A stretch of DNA of 64,000 bases from Thainema sp. (GTDB lineage: Bacteria > Cyanobacteriota > Cyanobacteriia > Phormidesmidales > Phormidesmidaceae). Below, one piece after another: positions 37,854-48,241 of the stretch. Position numbers and translations under genes: made by a program. Numbering within the stretch: position 1 is the stretch's first letter; the number at the start of each line of letters is the position of its first letter. Location: positions 1-64,000 of the forward strand of contig JBQLZK010000041.1 in NCBI GenBank assembly GCA_052168235.1, read 5' to 3'. Under the pieces are notes generated by a model. That model saw only the letters and a list, made by a program, of their open reading frames with translations, did not search any database and had not been told where the DNA came from.

Positions 37854-40800
37854 ATGGTTCCAGATCGGCCATACGTTATTCCAGGCTATCAACTGCATGA
37901 TCAGCTTTACTGTAGTTTCAAGACGGTAGTGTATCGCGCCGTTCGTGAGCGCGATCACCATCCGGTTGTTGTAAAACTACTCAGACCTGAATGTGCGGCG
38001 CTAAACCATAGTTTTCAAATTTGGAACCAGCAGCTTCAAAATCACTATGCGATCGCAACTTCGATTGAGCATCCAGGTATTATTCGCCCCTACAGCTTGG
38101 AGCCTTACCGAAATAGCCATGTGCTGGTCATGGAGGACTTTGGCGGTCTGTCTCTACACCAATATGTCCAACTGCGATCGCTATCGTTGGTTGAGCAGCT
38201 AGAAATCGCCCTGCAACTGACCGATATTCTAGATCGTCTCCACCAGTATCAAGTCATTCATAAAGGCATTCAGCCAGCGAATATTCTGATTCATCCCGAC
38301 AGTCAACAGGTTAAGCTGACCGATTTTTCGCTCGCGTCCCGCCTGCTGAAGGAAACCGCCGAGCTGCAAAATTCTAGCTTATTAGAGGGAAATTTTGCCT
38401 ATCTGTCGCCGGAGCAAACGGGCCGCATGAATCGGGGCATTGACTATCGCAGCGACTTCTACGGCTTGGGCGTCACGCTGTATGAACTGCTCACGGGACA
38501 AACACCCTTCCAATCCAGTGATCCCATCGAACTGATCTACTGTCACATCGCCAAGCAGCCCATCCCGCCCCATCAGTTAATCGAACAGCTCGCAGCACAA
38601 CACGTCTCCGCACCCTCCCTGCCTGAACCCTCAACAACCGATCAACTCCCAACTCCCAACCAGCCATCAACTCCTAACTATCCTCTCTCTATTCACCATC
38701 AGCCCCTCAACTATCAGCCCCTAACCTCTCAGCCTCCCCCCATTCCCCCTATCCTCTCCGACATCGTCATAAAGCTCTTGGCCAAAAATGCTGAAGATCG
38801 CTATCAAAGCGCTTTGGGGATTAAATACGATTTAAACCACTGTCTAACCCAGCTGCAAAACCAAGGTGCGATCGCATCATTTGAAATTGGTCAGCATGAT
38901 GTAAGCGATCGCTTTCTGATTTCTGAAAAGCTCTACGGTCGGGAAGAGGAAGTTGCTCAACTGTTAGCAGCTTTTGAACGGGTAGCTGGTAGCCAATCCG
39001 CTGCACCAACCCAGAGTGAGCTAGTTCTCCTTGCAGGCCAGGCGGGCATTGGCAAAACTGCTGTTGTCAACGAAGTGCATAAACCGATTGTTCGGCAAAG
39101 AGGCTATTTTATTAAGGGGAAATTTGATCAGTTCCAGCGTCATAGACCTTTATCTGCATTTATTCAAGCGCTGCAAGACTTGGTTCGGTATTTGTTATCC
39201 GAAAGTGATGCTGAATTGACCAATTGGAAAACTAAAATACTGGCAGCCTTGGGCCAGAATGCTCGGGTCATTCTCGATATTATTCCTGAATTAGAGCAGA
39301 TTATTGGCGCTCAACCAGCGGCATCCACATTATCCGGAAGTGCTGCTCGGAATCGCTTTAACTTGTTATTTCAGCGCTTTATTCAGGTGTTTGCAGCCAA
39401 AGAGCATCCCCTGGTCATTTTCTTGGATGATCTCCAGTGGATTGATTCTGCGTCTTTACAACTCATTGAACTGCTGATTACCGCTCCTGATATCCACTAT
39501 CTGCTGCTGATTGGAGCCTATCGAAATCATGAAATTATATCAACTCATTCGCTTCAGCTTAAACTGAATAATTTACGTCAGCGAAATGCAGTCATTATGA
39601 CCATTTCTCTGGCTCCGCTATCAGAAAATCATCTTAATCAGCTCATTGCCGATACCCATACCTGTTCAAGGGAGCGAGCCTTACCTCTCACCCAACTTGT
39701 CTATCGAAAAGCCAAAGGCAATCCCTTTTTTAGCATTCAATTTCTAAAGCTACTGCATGATGAAGGCGTTATTTTTTACAACCAGCAGTGTGGACATTGG
39801 CAGTGCGATATTGCCCAGGTGCGGGCCAGAGCTTCGACTGACGACATTGTTGATTTAATGGCGCTACAGCTGCAGAAGCTTCCTGCCCAAACCCAAACAT
39901 TGCTCAAATTTGCGGCCTGTATCGGTAATCAATTTGATTTAAAGACGCTGGCTATTGTGGCTCGGCAATCACTATCTGAAACGACAGCAGCATTATGGCC
40001 TGCTTTACAGGCAGAATTGATTCTGCCAACGAGTGAAGTGTATAAGTTCTATGAAAACGGCTTACTCACAACTGGCATAAAAACGATTGATTCGCTATTG
40101 GATTCATCGAGCGCACCGACAGCAGTTTATCGGTTTTTGCATGATCGAGTTCAGCAAGCGGCTTATGCTCTCATTCCAGTGGATCAGAAATCAATCATTC
40201 ATCTTGATATTGGTCGCTGCTTGCTGAGCCACGCTGAAGCGAATGAGCTGGAAGAACACATTTTTGATATTGTTAACCAGATCAACAATGGTGCAGATCT
40301 GATCACTCAGCCAGAGGAGCAGGAACAACTTATACAGTTGAATGTATTGGCTGGGCAAAAAGCAAAAGCTTCCACTGCTTATGTCGCTGCAATTGAATAT
40401 TTTGCAACTGGCATTCAGCTCCTACCGGGCCAGAGCTGGCAAACCCACTATTCATTAACGCTAGCGCTGTATGAACAAGCGAGTGAAGCGGCCTATCTCG
40501 CAGGTGATTTTCAACAAATGGAGGTCTGGCAAGAGCAGCTTCTGTTGCAGACTGGGAATCTGCTGGATCGAGTAAAAGCCTATGAAGTCAAAATAGCGGC
40601 TTACATTGCCCAAAATCAGTTACGAGATGCGATCGCACTTGCGCTGTCGGTACTGAGTCAGCTCGACATTCACTTTCCTCAGCGGCCCACACCTGCTGAC
40701 TGGGCCGAGGGCATCCAGACTATCACGCGCCACCTGGCCGGAAAACCCGTGGCTAGTGCTTTGGATTTACCGCATATGAGCGATCCCCATCGGCAAGCGG

Positions 40801-43196
40801 CGCTACGACTGCTGTTGAGTATTGATGCGCCAGCTTATCTCTGTTGTCCTGAAATTTTGCCGCTGACAATTTGTACTCAGGTAGACTTGTCCCTCACCTT
40901 TGGCAACGCACCCGGTTCGGCCAAAGCCTATGCCAACTATGGGCTGCTGCTGTGCTCGGGACTGGGCGACCTGGAGATAGGTTATCAGTTTGGCCAGGTG
41001 GCACTGCAGCTACTTGAGAGCATCGATGCAGACGAAATCCGAGCCCGCACGTCGTTTTTGGTCAACTTCCTGGTGCGACCGTGGAAAGATGCCCTGCGTG
41101 ATACTCTACCGTCTTTAAAGGACGCCTCTGCGATCGCACTGGAAACGGGCGATTTAACCCATGCTGCGATCGCGGCTGAAAAGTACTGCTATCACGCCTA
41201 TTTTGCTGGCAAAACGCTGCCGACCTTAGCGCAAACCATGCAAACCTACGCTGAGCAGATGCGGCAGATCAAGCAAGATGTCGCCCTATCAACCCATCAA
41301 ATTCACTGGCAGGCTGTACTCAACTTGATCGGCACAGCCGAGTATCCTACTCATTTAACTGGTCAGGTATTTGATGCCCCAGCTATGCTGCCGCGTTTTC
41401 AAGACGCCAATGCCCGCACGGCGCTCTACTATCTTTATTTCAATCAGCTCATGCTGAGTTATCTGTTTAATGACTACGCTCGCGCCGTAGAACAAGCCGT
41501 ATTGGCGAAACAGTATTTAGATGGTGGCAGAGGTCAGTTTATCTTTGCGCTGTTTTATTTTTATGACTCCTTAACGCAACTGGCCGTTTATTCAGACTGT
41601 TCTGTAGACCAGCAGTCTGACATTTTAGCCAGGGTTGAGGCAAACCAGGCCCAACTGCGCCACTGGGCCGATCATGCGCCGATGAATTTTCAGCACAAAT
41701 ACGACCTCGTTCGCGCTGAACAGGCCCGAGTGCTCAACCAAAAAGGTGAGGCGATTGAAGCCTACGATACTGCGATCGCAGGTGCGCGATCAAACCGCTA
41801 TCGCCAAGAAGCGGCCCTGGCAAATGAGCTAGCGGCGAAGTTCTACCTAGCCTGGGATAAAGAAAAAATTGCCCAAAGCTATTTGCTCACTGCCTACAAC
41901 GGCTACAGTCGGTGGGGCGCAAAAGCCAAAACCAATGACTTAGAACATCGCTATCCCTACCTGCTTCAGCCCGTCTTACATCCAAATCAGCCCTATTCCG
42001 CCTCTATCTCTCTTGCGGAACCAAATCAATCTAATCAGTCTAATCAGTTTAAGGTTTCGTCCGGTTCATCAACCTACGGCAGCAGCTCCAACGCCCTGGA
42101 TTTTGCGGCTATTCTCAAAACGTCCCAAACCTTATCTAGCCAAATTCGGTTTGATCAGCTCCTCTCGACGCTGCTCAGCACGGTGATCGCCAGTGCTGGA
42201 GCCAGCAAGTGCGTTTTGATGCTGCTGTGGAACCAGCGCTTGCAGGTCGAAGCCGTCATGCAGATGGAACAGCCCCCCAAAGTCCTACAGGCGATTCCCG
42301 TTGATGACAGCACGGATCTACCCATCAGCCTCATCTATCGGGTTAAGCACAATCTTCAGACCACTGTGATCAACAATGCGGCTCAAGATCCATCGCTCTT
42401 AGCCGATCCCTATATTGTTCAGCATCAGCCCAAAAGTCTGCTCTGTACCCCGATTTGGGCCCAGGGCAAGCTGATTGGCATGTTGTATTTAGAAAATCAG
42501 CAGACCGCAGGAGTCTTTACCGCTGGGCGGGTGGAAGTTCTCCAGCTTTTGTGTCGTCAAGCTGCCATTTCGCTGGAAAATGCGCGACTCTATGAGCAGT
42601 TGAGAGACTATTCTCACCAGCTGGAAATTAAAGTGGCCGAACGGACGGAGGAGCTAGAACGGGCCAATCAAGAGCTGTATCGAATGGCGATTCTGGATGG
42701 GCTAACTCAAATTGCCAACCGTCATCGCTTTGATGTGTATGTGCAGGAACAGTGGCAGTTGCTCCTGCTGGCCCGTCAACCGCTCGGCCTCATCTTGTGT
42801 GACGTTGACCATTTTAAGTATTACAACGACCAGTATGGGCATCCGGCGGGCGATAACTGTTTGAAGCGGGTTGCCCAGCTTTTAAGCCAGATCTCTCAGC
42901 GACCGAGGGATTTGGTTGCTCGCTATGGGGGGGAAGAGTTCGCCATCGTTTTGCCCAATACTGATGTAGCAGGCGTGAGTTATATCGCTGAACAGATTCA
43001 ATCAGAAGCGCAATATTTACAAATTCCTCACATTGCTTCACCGATTGCACCCTACATTACCCTCAGCATTGGAGGGGCCAGCCTGGTTCCTCATTCAGGC
43101 ACAACTTGGGAAACACTAATTTCACAGGCCGACCAAGCACTATATAAAGCAAAAGAGACAGGACGTAACCGATACTGCATTTATGGGTATTTTTAA
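37854..43196 (+). CDS. Ser/Thr (pseudo)kinase-AAA ATPase-GAF-diguanylate cyclase
   Basis: Degenerate catalytic loop HKGIQPAN; GQAGIGKT, FLDDLQW; GAF; RPRD + ARYGGEEF. Confidence 0.92.
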   Translation: MVPDRPYVIPGYQLHDQLYCSFKTVVYRAVRERDHHPVVVKLLRPECAALNHSFQIWNQQLQNHYAIATSIEHPGIIRPYSLEPYRNSHVLVMEDFGGLSLHQYVQLRSLSLVEQLEIALQLTDILDRLHQYQVIHKGIQPANILIHPDSQQVKLTDFSLASRLLKETAELQNSSLLEGNFAYLSPEQTGRMNRGIDYRSDFYGLGVTLYELLTGQTPFQSSDPIELIYCHIAKQPIPPHQLIEQLAAQHVSAPSLPEPSTTDQLPTPNQPSTPNYPLSIHHQPLNYQPLTSQPPPIPPILSDIVIKLLAKNAEDRYQSALGIKYDLNHCLTQLQNQGAIASFEIGQHDVSDRFLISEKLYGREEEVAQLLAAFERVAGSQSAAPTQSELVLLAGQAGIGKTAVVNEVHKPIVRQRGYFIKGKFDQFQRHRPLSAFIQALQDLVRYLLSESDAELTNWKTKILAALGQNARVILDIIPELEQIIGAQPAASTLSGSAARNRFNLLFQRFIQVFAAKEHPLVIFLDDLQWIDSASLQLIELLITAPDIHYLLLIGAYRNHEIISTHSLQLKLNNLRQRNAVIMTISLAPLSENHLNQLIADTHTCSRERALPLTQLVYRKAKGNPFFSIQFLKLLHDEGVIFYNQQCGHWQCDIAQVRARASTDDIVDLMALQLQKLPAQTQTLLKFAACIGNQFDLKTLAIVARQSLSETTAALWPALQAELILPTSEVYKFYENGLLTTGIKTIDSLLDSSSAPTAVYRFLHDRVQQAAYALIPVDQKSIIHLDIGRCLLSHAEANELEEHIFDIVNQINNGADLITQPEEQEQLIQLNVLAGQKAKASTAYVAAIEYFATGIQLLPGQSWQTHYSLTLALYEQASEAAYLAGDFQQMEVWQEQLLLQTGNLLDRVKAYEVKIAAYIAQNQLRDAIALALSVLSQLDIHFPQRPTPADWAEGIQTITRHLAGKPVASALDLPHMSDPHRQAALRLLLSIDAPAYLCCPEILPLTICTQVDLSLTFGNAPGSAKAYANYGLLLCSGLGDLEIGYQFGQVALQLLESIDADEIRARTSFLVNFLVRPWKDALRDTLPSLKDASAIALETGDLTHAAIAAEKYCYHAYFAGKTLPTLAQTMQTYAEQMRQIKQDVALSTHQIHWQAVLNLIGTAEYPTHLTGQVFDAPAMLPRFQDANARTALYYLYFNQLMLSYLFNDYARAVEQAVLAKQYLDGGRGQFIFALFYFYDSLTQLAVYSDCSVDQQSDILARVEANQAQLRHWADHAPMNFQHKYDLVRAEQARVLNQKGEAIEAYDTAIAGARSNRYRQEAALANELAAKFYLAWDKEKIAQSYLLTAYNGYSRWGAKAKTNDLEHRYPYLLQPVLHPNQPYSASISLAEPNQSNQSNQFKVSSGSSTYGSSSNALDFAAILKTSQTLSSQIRFDQLLSTLLSTVIASAGASKCVLMLLWNQRLQVEAVMQMEQPPKVLQAIPVDDSTDLPISLIYRVKHNLQTTVINNAAQDPSLLADPYIVQHQPKSLLCTPIWAQGKLIGMLYLENQQTAGVFTAGRVEVLQLLCRQAAISLENARLYEQLRDYSHQLEIKVAERTEELERANQELYRMAILDGLTQIANRHRFDVYVQEQWQLLLLARQPLGLILCDVDHFKYYNDQYGHPAGDNCLKRVAQLLSQISQRPRDLVARYGGEEFAIVLPNTDVAGVSYIAEQIQSEAQYLQIPHIASPIAPYITLSIGGASLVPHSGTTWETLISQADQALYKAKETGRNRYCIYGYF

Positions 43197-43259
43197 TTAG
43201 GCAGAGTAATTTAGGGAGCTAAACGTCATAGCTCCCTGATGGTGATGCTGGTTGATTAA

Positions 43260-46200
43260 TTGGGCACAGCTCGTGAAGTTAGCGATGATCACCTCAATAC
43301 CACTATGCCAAGCGTTGCGGATAGAATAACTTCTATGGTGGAACTCCCTGGCTATCAAACTCTCGAACCGATTTACACCAGCACGAGAAGCCTGGTGTAT
43401 AGAGGCCGACGCTGCTCTGATGGCCAGCTCGTCATTATCAAACTACTGCGCAATGAGTATCCCAGCTTTAGTGAACTGATCCAGTTCCGGAATCAGTACA
43501 GCATTACCCAATCGTTGAACCTGCCCCATGTTGTTCAGCCCCAGAGCCTGGAAACGTATCACAACGGATATGCTCTGGTTTTAGAGGATTATGGCGGTAT
43601 TTCACTCAAGCAGTGGATGGATAACCAGCAGCAAGGCGGGCGAGCTTATACCATTCATTTGCGTGACTTTTTTGCGATCGCACTTCAACTGTCTGAAACA
43701 TTAAACGCGCTCTATCAGCATCGCATTATTCATAAAGACATCAAGCCCAGCAACATTCTGATCCATCCCGGCACCCAACATATCAAGCTAACGGACTTTA
43801 GCCTTTCCTCTCGGCTACCGCGTGAAACGCAATCGCTGCAAACGTTCAATGCCCTAGAAGGAACATTGGCTTATCTCTCGCCAGAACAAACGGGCCGCAT
43901 GAATCGGGGGATTGACTATCGCACCGATCTTTATTCCCTGGGCGTAACGTTTTACGAACTGCTGACGGGCCAGCTTCCCTTTACCTCTGATGACCCAATG
44001 GAGCTGATCCACTGTCATCTGGCAAAAGCCCCTACACCGCCGCACCAGCTCAATCCTGCCATTCCGCCCGTTCTGTCGGCCATTGTGCTGAAGCTAATGG
44101 CCAAAAATGCCGAAGATCGCTATCAGAGCGCATTGGGGCTGCAACATGATCTGCAACGGTGCCAACGGTATTGGCAAACCCAGGGAACGATTCCTGACTT
44201 TCCACTGGGTCAGCGGGATATCTGCGATCGCTTTTTGATTCCTGAAAAACTCTACGGTCGTGAAGCCGAAGTGGCTCAGCTACTGGCGGCCTTTGCGCGA
44301 GTGGCGGGTGTAGCGGATGATACGACCGTAGACTCAGAGGCTGAACCGGATAACGCGCGAATTCCTCAGTCTGAGCTAGTTTTGGTTGCTGGCTATTCGG
44401 GGGTGGGCAAAACAGCAGTGGTCAACGAAGTCCAGAAGCCGATTGCCCAGCAGCGGGGCTATTTCATTAAGGGCAAGTTTGACCAGTTTAATCGCAACAT
44501 CCCGTTTTCTGCCTTTGTGCAGGCCTTTCGCGACTTGATGGAGCAGCTGCTGGGCGAAAGCGATGCCGCGCTGAACAGTTGGAAGACAAAGATTCTAGCG
44601 GCAGTTGGTGAAAATGGTCAGGTGATTGTGGATGTAATTCCAGAGCTGGAGCGGATGATCGGGCCACAGCCAGCCGTTGCCGATCTTTCTGGCGCAGCGG
44701 CGCAAAATCGCTTTAATCTCCTATTTCAGCAATTTATTCAAGTTTTTACAACTTCCGATCATCCGCTAGTCATCTTTTTGGACGATTTGCAGTGGGCAGA
44801 TTCGGCTTCGTTAAAGCTGATGCAGCGACTGGTGGCTGAATCGGCTACAGGCTATTTACTTCTGATCGGGGCCTACCGCGACAACGAAGTCTCTGCCGCT
44901 CACCCTCTCGTATCCACCATCAACAGCATCCGCCAAACTCATCTACATCCAACCACGATTCCTGTTCATACCATTACGCTCAAGCCGCTCAGCTCAACCA
45001 GTCTCAACCAGCTAATTGCCGATACGCTGCACTGTTCACTGGCCGTGGCGCAACCGTTTTCAGCATTGGTGTATCAAAAAACAACGGGCAATCCCTTTTT
45101 TAGCACCCAGTTTCTCAAGGCACTGTATGAAGACGGCTTGATTAGCTTCAATACGGCACTTGGCTATTGGCAGTGCGATCTCGCTCAAATCAAAACGCTG
45201 GCCTTGACCGATGATGTAGTCGAGTTCATGGCGCTACAGCTACAAAAACTACCGTCGCAGGCTCAGGCTACGCTCAAGCGGGCCGCCTGCATCGGCAACC
45301 AGTTTGATTTAGCAACCTTGGCAATTGTCTGTGAACAGTCTGTCCGTCAAACCGCCGTCAGTCTTTGGCAGGCGCTGCAAGAGGGGTTTATCCTGCCGCA
45401 AAATGAGGTTTACAAATTCTTTAGCGCAGATGGGAACACGGTTGATCCGGTTGAACTTGCAGAGTGCCAGGCAAAATCAGCCATTCGGGATGCGGCTACG
45501 GCGGCGGCATCCTCCACCCTCTACAAGTTTCTGCACGACCGGATTCAACAAGCGGCTTATTCTCTGATTCCAGAGGCGGAACGTGCGATCGCACATTACC
45601 AGATTGGCCAACTGCTTCTGCACCGACTGTCGCCCACGGCAAAAGAAGAGCGCATTTTTGAATTGGTCAACCAGCTCAACTATGGTGTTTCGCTCATCAC
45701 CGAACAGTCGCAGCGGGATGAACTGGCGCAGCTCAATCTGAGAGCAGGACGCAAGGCCAGAGCTGCAACCGCTTATGAAGCGGCCTATGCTTACGTTCAG
45801 GTTGGACTATCTGTATTAAGTGACGACACCTGGCAGCGCCAATATGAGCTAACTCTAGCGCTGTATGAACTGGCCGCTGAGGTTGCTTCGCTCAACGGTG
45901 AATTTGAACAGATGGATCGCTGGATCGAAACCATCGTTCAACAGGCTAAGACGCCGCTGGATCAGGTGCCATCCTATCAGGTCAAAATTCAGTCACTCAA
46001 TACCCGCAATGCCTTTACCACAGCGATAGAAACGGGATTGGCTGTTTTGCAACAATTGGGCATCAGCTTTCCTGAGCAGCCCACGCCTAACGATGTGCAA
46101 CAAGCTAAACAGGACATTGAACGGCTGATCTGCGATCGCACCTCAGTCCAATATTCAACCCAATCTGCTGATCAGACAACGCCTGATTACATCGCCAGTT

Positions 46201-47525
46201 TAATCCCCGATCTCCTTCATCTGCCCAAAGCCACGGATGCCACAACACTCGCGATCCTACAGATTGCAGACAGCATCTCGCCTGCCTGCTACATGACGGG
46301 TTCTCCCCTCTACCCGTTGGTTGTCGCCTTGCAGGTTAAGCTTTCTATTCAGTTTGGCAACAGCCCAAGCTCTCCTGTTGGCTATGTCGGCTATGCGTTC
46401 CAGCTCTATCTGTCAGGAGAAGAAAGCGCCCAAGCGCAGCAGTTTGGCCAACTCGCCTATCAGCTTGCCCTAGATCCGGAGGCCAAATACGTTCGAGCCT
46501 CCACGTTTAATATTTTTGCAGGTTACATTCACCATCGCACTGCCCACTTAAAAGAAAGCCTTCCTATTTTTCAAGATGCCTTTCAGGCTGGATTAGACAC
46601 GGGCAATCTAGAATTTATTGTTTATATTGTTCAAGTCTTTGCCCTCAATGCCTTCTGGTCGGGACAATCACTGGCTGAGCTGGCGACCCAAATTCAGAAC
46701 TATCACCAGCACTTGCTGGATCTTAAACGTGATACAACCGCTAAACACTATTTCATTTACTGGGAAACAGCTCGCATTTTGTTAGGAGAATCTGAGGAAG
46801 AAATATGCCTGCGTCAAATATCGTATGAAAATACTCTCTTGTCAGAAGTCAAACTGTCTCACGATGCCTTGCGGCTCTGTATTTTTTATCTGCATCGATT
46901 GGTGCTGAATTTCTTGTTGGGAAATATTGATCAAGCTACATATGATGCGGTGCAAACTCGGCAGCATTTAAATAGTTGCGTTGGTATGATTATTGAACCC
47001 AATTTTTATTTTTATGACTCCCTAATTATCTTGTCTAGTAACACTGAATTCGTGCTCGAATCTCATCCGGCATGGCAGCAAATACTCGATAATCAGCTAC
47101 AGTTACAGCAATGGGTGAAACAGGCTCCCATGAATCATCAGCATAAGTGGCAACTAATCGAAGCTGAGCGATATCGTATTCTCAAACAGTATGAATCTGC
47201 TATTGACTGTTATGACAAAGCTATTCAAGCTGCCAAAACGAATGGCTATATTAGTGATGAAGCTTTAGCTAATGAATTAGCTGCAAAATTTTATCTAAAT
47301 TGGGGAAAGGACTGCATTGCGGTTGACTATTTGCATAGTGCTTATTACAGCTATGCTCGCTGGGGAGCAAAAGCAAAAACAGATAGTCTTGAACAGCAGT
47401 ATTCTCAGCTTCTTCAACCCGCATTTACACTCTTCATGGCTAATTCAACTCATTTAAATGGCCAGGTAAATATTTCTCAAAACTGCTGGAATCCTTTAGC
47501 AGATGAAATTGTGGATTCTATTTAA
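43260..47525 (+). CDS. Ser/Thr kinase-AAA ATPase-TPR-like protein with no GAF or output domain (start probably 43335)
   Basis: HKDIKPSN, GYSGVGKT, FLDDLQW; ends ~45 aa after WGAKAK. Confidence 0.9.
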   Translation: MGTAREVSDDHLNTTMPSVADRITSMVELPGYQTLEPIYTSTRSLVYRGRRCSDGQLVIIKLLRNEYPSFSELIQFRNQYSITQSLNLPHVVQPQSLETYHNGYALVLEDYGGISLKQWMDNQQQGGRAYTIHLRDFFAIALQLSETLNALYQHRIIHKDIKPSNILIHPGTQHIKLTDFSLSSRLPRETQSLQTFNALEGTLAYLSPEQTGRMNRGIDYRTDLYSLGVTFYELLTGQLPFTSDDPMELIHCHLAKAPTPPHQLNPAIPPVLSAIVLKLMAKNAEDRYQSALGLQHDLQRCQRYWQTQGTIPDFPLGQRDICDRFLIPEKLYGREAEVAQLLAAFARVAGVADDTTVDSEAEPDNARIPQSELVLVAGYSGVGKTAVVNEVQKPIAQQRGYFIKGKFDQFNRNIPFSAFVQAFRDLMEQLLGESDAALNSWKTKILAAVGENGQVIVDVIPELERMIGPQPAVADLSGAAAQNRFNLLFQQFIQVFTTSDHPLVIFLDDLQWADSASLKLMQRLVAESATGYLLLIGAYRDNEVSAAHPLVSTINSIRQTHLHPTTIPVHTITLKPLSSTSLNQLIADTLHCSLAVAQPFSALVYQKTTGNPFFSTQFLKALYEDGLISFNTALGYWQCDLAQIKTLALTDDVVEFMALQLQKLPSQAQATLKRAACIGNQFDLATLAIVCEQSVRQTAVSLWQALQEGFILPQNEVYKFFSADGNTVDPVELAECQAKSAIRDAATAAASSTLYKFLHDRIQQAAYSLIPEAERAIAHYQIGQLLLHRLSPTAKEERIFELVNQLNYGVSLITEQSQRDELAQLNLRAGRKARAATAYEAAYAYVQVGLSVLSDDTWQRQYELTLALYELAAEVASLNGEFEQMDRWIETIVQQAKTPLDQVPSYQVKIQSLNTRNAFTTAIETGLAVLQQLGISFPEQPTPNDVQQAKQDIERLICDRTSVQYSTQSADQTTPDYIASLIPDLLHLPKATDATTLAILQIADSISPACYMTGSPLYPLVVALQVKLSIQFGNSPSSPVGYVGYAFQLYLSGEESAQAQQFGQLAYQLALDPEAKYVRASTFNIFAGYIHHRTAHLKESLPIFQDAFQAGLDTGNLEFIVYIVQVFALNAFWSGQSLAELATQIQNYHQHLLDLKRDTTAKHYFIYWETARILLGESEEEICLRQISYENTLLSEVKLSHDALRLCIFYLHRLVLNFLLGNIDQATYDAVQTRQHLNSCVGMIIEPNFYFYDSLIILSSNTEFVLESHPAWQQILDNQLQLQQWVKQAPMNHQHKWQLIEAERYRILKQYESAIDCYDKAIQAAKTNGYISDEALANELAAKFYLNWGKDCIAVDYLHSAYYSYARWGAKAKTDSLEQQYSQLLQPAFTLFMANSTHLNGQVNISQNCWNPLADEIVDSI

Positions 47526-47595
47526 TCCTGAAATTGCTTCAGATAGAATGAAAATAAAATGGTACTGGTTGAATGCGATCGATTAGATAGTAAAT

Positions 47596-48201
47596 ATGCT
47601 TCACCGACTATATTTTCCGACTGGACTGGCTAGCATAGCACTACTCATCAGCGCCGTTATTGCTCCATCTGGGGTGCAGGCGCAGTTGAGCCAACAGTGT
47701 GAAACGGATGGCAGCTATGAGCCCGCTGCCGAAACCACTCGTACCGTTGAGCTACCAGATTTTGGCATTAGTATTGAGATTCCAGAAAACTACCGAGCTA
47801 TGAAGCTCCAGGATGGTGCAGTCCAGATCTTGCATCCCGATGACTTTGAGTGGCTCCAGTGTATTGCTAGGGGCGGTACTGGGGCACATGGCTACTATTC
47901 TGAAACGATTGAACAGGTTGAGCCGGATCCAGCTATGAGCCTGCGTGAACAGGCAATCTGGTCAGTTGGCTATGCCACAAACCCTGATGGCAGTCGCAGC
48001 CCGGCTGTAACTGACGTAGTGCCCTATCAACATAGTGGCTTGAACGGTTACGTTGTCAGCTCAATGTCTGGTTATAGTGCCGTCTTTCTCGGTACATCAC
48101 CTGATTCAGACCAACTGCTGCGCGTCTCGGCTAGCTGTGATTGTGAGGTGGAAGCAGAAGCCGTAACTGACTTACTGGCTGGGATTAAACCGTTGGACTG
48201 A
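47596..48201 (+). CDS. Hypothetical secreted protein
   Basis: Signal peptide ending VQA; 201 aa. Confidence 0.8.
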   Translation: MLHRLYFPTGLASIALLISAVIAPSGVQAQLSQQCETDGSYEPAAETTRTVELPDFGISIEIPENYRAMKLQDGAVQILHPDDFEWLQCIARGGTGAHGYYSETIEQVEPDPAMSLREQAIWSVGYATNPDGSRSPAVTDVVPYQHSGLNGYVVSSMSGYSAVFLGTSPDSDQLLRVSASCDCEVEAEAVTDLLAGIKPLD

Positions 48202-48241
48202 GCGATAATAGTAGCCTTAGCTTAATGTTCTGACAATAGAT

